From an uncultured delta proteobacterium (lineage in GTDB: Bacteria > Desulfobacterota > RBG-13-43-22): a DNA stretch of 64,000 nucleotides. Below the pieces are notes generated by a model. That model had not been told where the DNA came from. It did no database searches and saw only the letters and a program-made list of their open reading frames with translations. Both the position numbers and the translations under genes were made by a program. Within the stretch, counting starts at the first letter, position 1. Each line of letters opens with the position of its first letter. This document shows, one piece after another, positions 59,216 through 64,000 of this stretch. Location of the stretch: positions 32,001 through 96,000 of the forward strand of contig CAWJJC010000023.1 of the NCBI GenBank assembly GCA_963843145.1. Reading direction: 5' to 3'.

Positions 59216-59314
59216 ATTATTTTTTTAAGCAAATAAACCCTTTGACAGGGATCCTCCCGGGTTGTTAGATTTAGCGCTCAGGCGGAAATTTTAATGGAAA
59301 TCGGAGGGGATCGT

Positions 59315-59725
59315 ATGACTTGTCATTTACACCACACCCATTTATTTGCTTCGGACCTAAACAAAACTATCCAATTTTATTCGGAATATTTTGACGGTCG
59401 GGTGGTGATGGACCTGGAGATGGCGGGTTCCAGAAATGTTTTCCTGAGCATCGGTCGGGGGAGGCTTCACTTTTATGACCAGGCCCCGAAGAATCCAGTC
59501 CGGGGGAATATCCACCACATAGGTATTCAAACCGACAACCTGGAGGGGATGGTCAAAAAACTCACCGCCGGAGGGGTGCCCTTAAAGAAAGGGATAACGG
59601 ACTTTGGATTCTGGAAATACATCACGGTCCTGGCGCCGGACAACGTCCTGATTGAACTTTTTCAGGTCGACAAGACCCAGTTGTCGAAAGAACAGAGCGC
59701 CTATTTTAATCAAGACCATCCTTAA
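59315..59725 (+). CDS. VOC/glyoxalase family protein
   Basis: LHHTHL, IHHIG and PDNVLIEL motifs. A TTGACA-N18-TAGATT promoter lies upstream. Confidence 0.9.
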   Translation: MTCHLHHTHLFASDLNKTIQFYSEYFDGRVVMDLEMAGSRNVFLSIGRGRLHFYDQAPKNPVRGNIHHIGIQTDNLEGMVKKLTAGGVPLKKGITDFGFWKYITVLAPDNVLIELFQVDKTQLSKEQSAYFNQDHP

Positions 59726-60046
59726 AGGCTGTCGGCCTGGTCATAGCGCCGATAGGTCCGCCTTCATCTGTTGATGTATCCGCCCGCGATATTCGTGTAG
59801 ACGGCCCGCGGGCCGCCAGCCGACCTGCAGCGACGAGCCGATTCATCCACCTCCACTCATCGTGGACTGATAATTGATGCACCGGAGCCGACCGACACGG
59901 TCAAGAGCCTGAAAATTCCTTTTTAATGGGTCTGGGAGGATTGCGGTCGACCGGCCCGATCAAACGCCCCAAGGCCGGTCCGGCGAAAGCGTATTACACC
60001 AATTGAAATTATAATCGAAAGGGGAAAGTAAAGCTGAATTGGGCTG

Positions 60047-60734
60047 CTATACCATCAAATATTTCCTCTTGATTTCCTCGTTTGCCTCAAGCTCGGCCAC
60101 TGTACCACTGAAGCGCATGTGCCCGTTGTCGATTACATAGGCACGGCTGATTATCTTTAGGGCCGACCGGATATTCTGCTCAGAAAGCAAAATCGAAATG
60201 CCAGCTTCTTTCAGCCGCAGGATTTGTTCCTCCAGGTTTTTGACGATGAGCGGGGCCAATCCCTCGGTGGGCTCGTCCAGGAGGAGGAGGTCGGGACTAC
60301 CCATGAGGGCCCTGGCGATGGTCAGCATCTGCTGCTCCCCCCCGACAGATGACCGGCCCGTCTGGTCCCGATCTCCCGGAGGGCCGGAAAAGGTCATAGA
60401 CCCGATCCTTGTTCCACTGGGACGACCGAGAGTGAACGATCTCCAGGTTGTCTTCCACGGACAGGTCGGCGAAGACCCGACGGTCGTCGGGCACATAGCC
60501 GATACCTTTGCGGAAGAGAGCATAGGGCTTTATGCCCCTAAGGTCTTCTCCATTGAACGAGATGGTCCCTTCCTTCGGAGGAGTAAGCCCCATGATGCTT
60601 CGCATGGTGGTGCTCTTGCCGGCGCCATTTCGGCCCAGGAGTCCCACCACCTCTCCCCTGGAGACGGTAAGGGAGATATCGAAAAGGACGTGACTCGAGC
60701 CGTAATAGGTATGGATGTGCTTTACATCAAGCAT
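60047..60734 (-). CDS. livF: LIV-type ABC ATP-binding protein, frameshifted near 60340-60390
   Basis: GRNGAGKST in the N-terminal ORF; GGEQQML and LDEPTEGL in the C-terminal ORF. Confidence 0.88.
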
Positions 60735-61477
60735 CCGTCGTCCCCTCCCAGATAGGCGTCCTGGACCGCCTGGTTGCAGCGCACTTCCTCGCAGGTACCC
60801 TGGATAATCGTTGCTCCCCTTACCATGACCATGATTCGACTGGCGATGCCGAAGACGATCTCCATGTCATGCTCGCAAAAAAGGATGGTCAGGCCCAGCT
60901 TCTCGGATATGGCCTTGATGAGGGCGATACACCGTGCCGTTTCCTCCGGGGCCATACCGGCCGTGGGCTCGTCAAGGATGAGAAACTCGGGATTCCCCCC
61001 TAGAGCCATGGCGATCTCCAGGACCTTTCGGTCTCCGTGGGAGAGCAATGCGGTGGTGCGGTTTTTCTTTTCTGCCAGTCCAACGTCCGACAGGATGCGA
61101 TGGGTCTCCTCCAAGGCCAGTTTCGAAGAAGGGGTGAACAGATTCCAGGTCTTCCGTTCCCGTGACAAGACGGCCACCTGGACGTTTTCGAAGACCGTCA
61201 GCCGCTGAAAGACATTGACGACCTGAAAGGACCGAGTCAGGCCTTTGCGGCAGACCTTGTGGGGCGGAAGCCCGGTAATGTCTTCGCCTTTGAAAAGGAT
61301 CCGTCCGGAATCGGATTTGATGATACCCGAAATCAGGTTGAAAAGGGTCGTCTTACCGGCCCCGTTGGGACCGATGACAGCCACGATCTCCCCTTGATTC
61401 ACCTGCAAGTTAGCCTGGAATACGGCCTGGAACCCGTCGAAGGCTTTCGATAAGGACTCGACACGTAACATACTCAC
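60722..61477 (-). CDS. livG: LIV-type ABC ATP-binding protein
   Basis: GPNGAGKTT, LSHGD, LDEPTAGM and EHDM motifs. Confidence 0.92.
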   Translation of the reverse strand: MSMLRVESLSKAFDGFQAVFQANLQVNQGEIVAVIGPNGAGKTTLFNLISGIIKSDSGRILFKGEDITGLPPHKVCRKGLTRSFQVVNVFQRLTVFENVQVAVLSRERKTWNLFTPSSKLALEETHRILSDVGLAEKKNRTTALLSHGDRKVLEIAMALGGNPEFLILDEPTAGMAPEETARCIALIKAISEKLGLTILFCEHDMEIVFGIASRIMVMVRGATIIQGTCEEVRCNQAVQDAYLGGDDGCLM

Positions 61478-62415
61478 TCCTTGGCCGGTTTCAGCTTACC
61501 TTCCCCCCAGCCCAGAACTCCGTCGGGCAGGAAGAAGATGACCAGCATGAAGATGATCCCGAGCACAAGTGCCCAGTAGCCCGTGTAGGTACTCACGAAG
61601 GTCCTGATGCCCACTATCAGGGAGGCCCCAAGCATGGGTCCCAGGAAGGTGAGCCATCCTCCGAGGAGGCACATAATGACCGTTTCCATGGAGAGGGTCC
61701 AAAAGAGCATATCGGGAAAAGCCGTATTGTCCACCACGACGAAGAGGGTCCCGGCCACCCCGGCAAAAAAGGCCACGATCACCAGGGTCAGGAGTTTATG
61801 TCCTCGGACGTTGATGCCGATCATGGCCGACCTGACGGGGTTGTCCCGGATGCCCTGGAGGGCGCTGCCGAAGGGTGATTTCAAGATACGGTACATGGCC
61901 GTCATGGATAGAGCGGTGACCACGAGGGTAAAGTAATAGGCCCCTATGCCGGTAGAGATGATGTCGGGCACGGTAATGCCGTGGAGGCCGTCATCTCCGC
62001 CGGTAAAGGAGTACCAGCGGTAGACGACGACCCAGACCAGGGAGCCCAGCGAGATCTGCAGCATACCGAAGTAGAGTTTGGAGAGACGGATACAGATCAC
62101 CCCCATGATGAGGCCCAGGAACGCCGCCACCAGGGGCCCCACGACGAAACCCAGCCAAGGCGAGAAGCCTGTTTTGAGGATCATCAGGGCCGTCCCATAA
62201 GCGCCAATCCCATAAAAGACGGCATGATGGAGCTGGTAGATCCCTCCGAAACCCAGGGCCAGGTTGTTGCTGGTGGCCAGTAACCCGTAAAGGAGCATGA
62301 CCGAAAACAGATAGACGTAAAACCTGGGCAGAAAAAAAGGAACCAGACACAAAAAGGCCAGTCCGACGATCAATCCGATTTTTCCTTTTATGCTGAACAG
62401 ACCTTGTGTGGCCAT
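61474..62415 (-). CDS. livM: LIV-type ABC permease
   Basis: YFGML, TGGDDG, SPFG...IRDN and LLGG motifs. Confidence 0.9.
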   Translation of the reverse strand: MATQGLFSIKGKIGLIVGLAFLCLVPFFLPRFYVYLFSVMLLYGLLATSNNLALGFGGIYQLHHAVFYGIGAYGTALMILKTGFSPWLGFVVGPLVAAFLGLIMGVICIRLSKLYFGMLQISLGSLVWVVVYRWYSFTGGDDGLHGITVPDIISTGIGAYYFTLVVTALSMTAMYRILKSPFGSALQGIRDNPVRSAMIGINVRGHKLLTLVIVAFFAGVAGTLFVVVDNTAFPDMLFWTLSMETVIMCLLGGWLTFLGPMLGASLIVGIRTFVSTYTGYWALVLGIIFMLVIFFLPDGVLGWGEGKLKPAKE

Positions 62416-62428
62416 AGAGGGGCTCCTC

Positions 62429-63331
62429 CTACCAGGTTGACTTGAGTAATCCCGTGGGCCTGAGCAGGAGCACGACGACCACTGCCAGATAGGGGAAGAT
62501 GATGCCGAACTTGGGCCAGATCAGGATGCCCAGGGATTGGGTCAGTCCGAAGATGAGGGCCCCCAGGAGGGCCCCCCAGATGTTGCCCAGGCCACCCATG
62601 ATGACGATCAGGAAGGCCTCGATGATGAGCGTATGGTCCATCCCCAGGGTAACGCTTACCGTGGGGGCCACCAGGACCCCGCCCAAGCCGGCCAGAAAGC
62701 AGCCGATGACGAAGACTATTGCAAATATCCAGCTCACGTTGATACCAACGGCCCCGACCATCTCCCGGTCCACCGCGGCCGCCCGGGCGATCTTACCCAA
62801 CTTGGTTTTGTTGACCATGAGCCAGAGGGACACGGCGATGATGGGGCCGGCGACCAGGAGAAAGATATTGTACCTAGGGAAAGGAAGCCCCCCGAAAAGA
62901 GGCACGGCCCCCTGGAAGACCCGGGGGACGGGTACGGACTTGTACTCGCCCCCCCAGACCATTTTTACCAGGTCTCCGAAGACCAGGGAGAAGGCAAAGG
63001 TGAGCAGGATGAGCATCAGGTGTTCCCGCTCGTAGAGGAACTGGAAGATCCCCCGCTCAGACAGGAAGCTGATGAAGGCCACCGCCAGGGGTGCCAGGAG
63101 GAGGGCCATCCAGAAGCCAAAGCTCCCGCCGCCGAAGACCTTCGATACCGTGAAGGCCACAAAGGCGCCGATCATGTAGAGCGAACCATGGGCCACATTC
63201 GGTATCCGAAGTACTCCCAGGATGAGGCTCAGGCCTGATGAGACGATGAAAAGGATCGTCGTCCGGCTGAGGCCCACAAAGATCTGGCAGAGCACCGCCG
63301 GCGGGCATAGGGCATAAACAAGGTCCATCAC
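62429..63331 (-). CDS. livH: LIV-type ABC permease
   Basis: SGLSLILGV...NVAHG, GGLGN and RPTGL motifs. Confidence 0.9.
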   Translation of the reverse strand: MMDLVYALCPPAVLCQIFVGLSRTTILFIVSSGLSLILGVLRIPNVAHGSLYMIGAFVAFTVSKVFGGGSFGFWMALLLAPLAVAFISFLSERGIFQFLYEREHLMLILLTFAFSLVFGDLVKMVWGGEYKSVPVPRVFQGAVPLFGGLPFPRYNIFLLVAGPIIAVSLWLMVNKTKLGKIARAAAVDREMVGAVGINVSWIFAIVFVIGCFLAGLGGVLVAPTVSVTLGMDHTLIIEAFLIVIMGGLGNIWGALLGALIFGLTQSLGILIWPKFGIIFPYLAVVVVLLLRPTGLLKSTW

Positions 63332-63354
63332 AGCACTCCCTGAACAGGTCCGGT

Positions 63355-64000
63355 TTAGGGCTTTCTCTGCTTCAAGATCTCGTCGCAGGTCGGCATATAG
63401 TCCTTGGCCGGTATGACCTGGGTATCCCCTGAGACGAGGAAAGGATATTTGGGGTCCTTTTTGGTGATGCCCCAGTACATGGGCAGCTCGAGCTGATGGT
63501 CACAGGCCCGGATGGTCAAGGGACCCACGGGTGAATCAAGGGTCATGCCCTCAAGGGCCTTGATGAAGGCCTCTTTATCCACCTTTCCGGCCTTTTTGAA
63601 ACCTTCGGCGATGAACTCGGCCGTCATGTAACCGATCAGGGCCGTGGCCTTGGGATATCGCTTATAGGCCATATAGAACTCATCGGCAAAGGCCTTATTG
63701 GCCGGGGTATTGGGATAATAAAAGAGATACTGACTGGTCCCATAGACCCCTTCAGGGGCATTCAAACCCTGGGGCATCAGGGTTCCCAGTTCGGTGGCCG
63801 TGTGTTGATAGAAGGGCAGCTTCTGATTCAATCCCGTGGCCTTGGCCGCTTTCTGGAAGTTGACCATACCACCGCCGCCTGTGGCCACGATCAGGAAATC
63901 GGGTTTGGCCGCCAGGATCTGGGTGATATAAGGGGTGAAATCAGCCTCCCCCACCTTCCACCAGGACTGTCCGAGGAGCTGGACCCCCGGTTTTAGTTTT
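63355..64000 (-). CDS. LIV-type ABC substrate-binding protein (5' partial)
   Basis: GEADFTPYITQI.AAKPD and SPVG...R..DHQ segments; runs off the end of the window. Confidence 0.88.
   Translation of the reverse strand, partial: KLKPGVQLLGQSWWKVGEADFTPYITQILAAKPDFLIVATGGGGMVNFQKAAKATGLNQKLPFYQHTATELGTLMPQGLNAPEGVYGTSQYLFYYPNTPANKAFADEFYMAYKRYPKATALIGYMTAEFIAEGFKKAGKVDKEAFIKALEGMTLDSPVGPLTIRACDHQLELPMYWGITKKDPKYPFLVSGDTQVIPAKDYMPTCDEILKQRKP

Noticed and set aside
59726-60046. GC-rich spacer, possibly a decayed gene or the junction of the second ABC operon
   Set aside because: No convincing ORF, motif or repeat could be recognised by eye.

Overview
A 64 kb chromosomal window from an anaerobic bacterium that resembles Desulfobacterota (Deltaproteobacteria). 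Most of it is housekeeping and anaerobic acyl-CoA metabolism: murI, gatCA, the tilS-ftsH-folP-cdaA-cdaR-glmM-coaX cluster, ilvE, two LIV-type ABC transporters, a LarA homolog, glycosylation genes, yedF, a glutaryl-CoA dehydrogenase/glutaconyl-CoA decarboxylase locus, a thiolase with an OB-fold partner, and fabH. I found no rRNA, tRNA, CRISPR array, integrase or transposase. Five things stand out. (1) A secreted-protein island at 47.3-52.9 kb carries two paralogous papain-family (C1A) proteases, each with an in-cis chagasin (I42) inhibitor domain. All three island genes share a (Y/F)(L/F)P(L/V)V motif, and sigma-28-like promoters flank the island. (2) A selenoprotein of the C-GCAxxG-C-C family, truncated in the ORF track, has an in-frame TGA followed by a SECIS-like hairpin. 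(3) A modular inverted-repeat element family occurs in four copies, alongside other nested palindromic repeats, some overlapping host stop codons. (4) An orphan sigma-54-like promoter with an IHF site precedes a candidate sRNA. (5) Several enzymes have atypical catalytic residues. Many genes are split by single-base indels, often in homopolymers, which most likely reflects long-read assembly error. All calls come from reading motifs by eye; no database searches were run.
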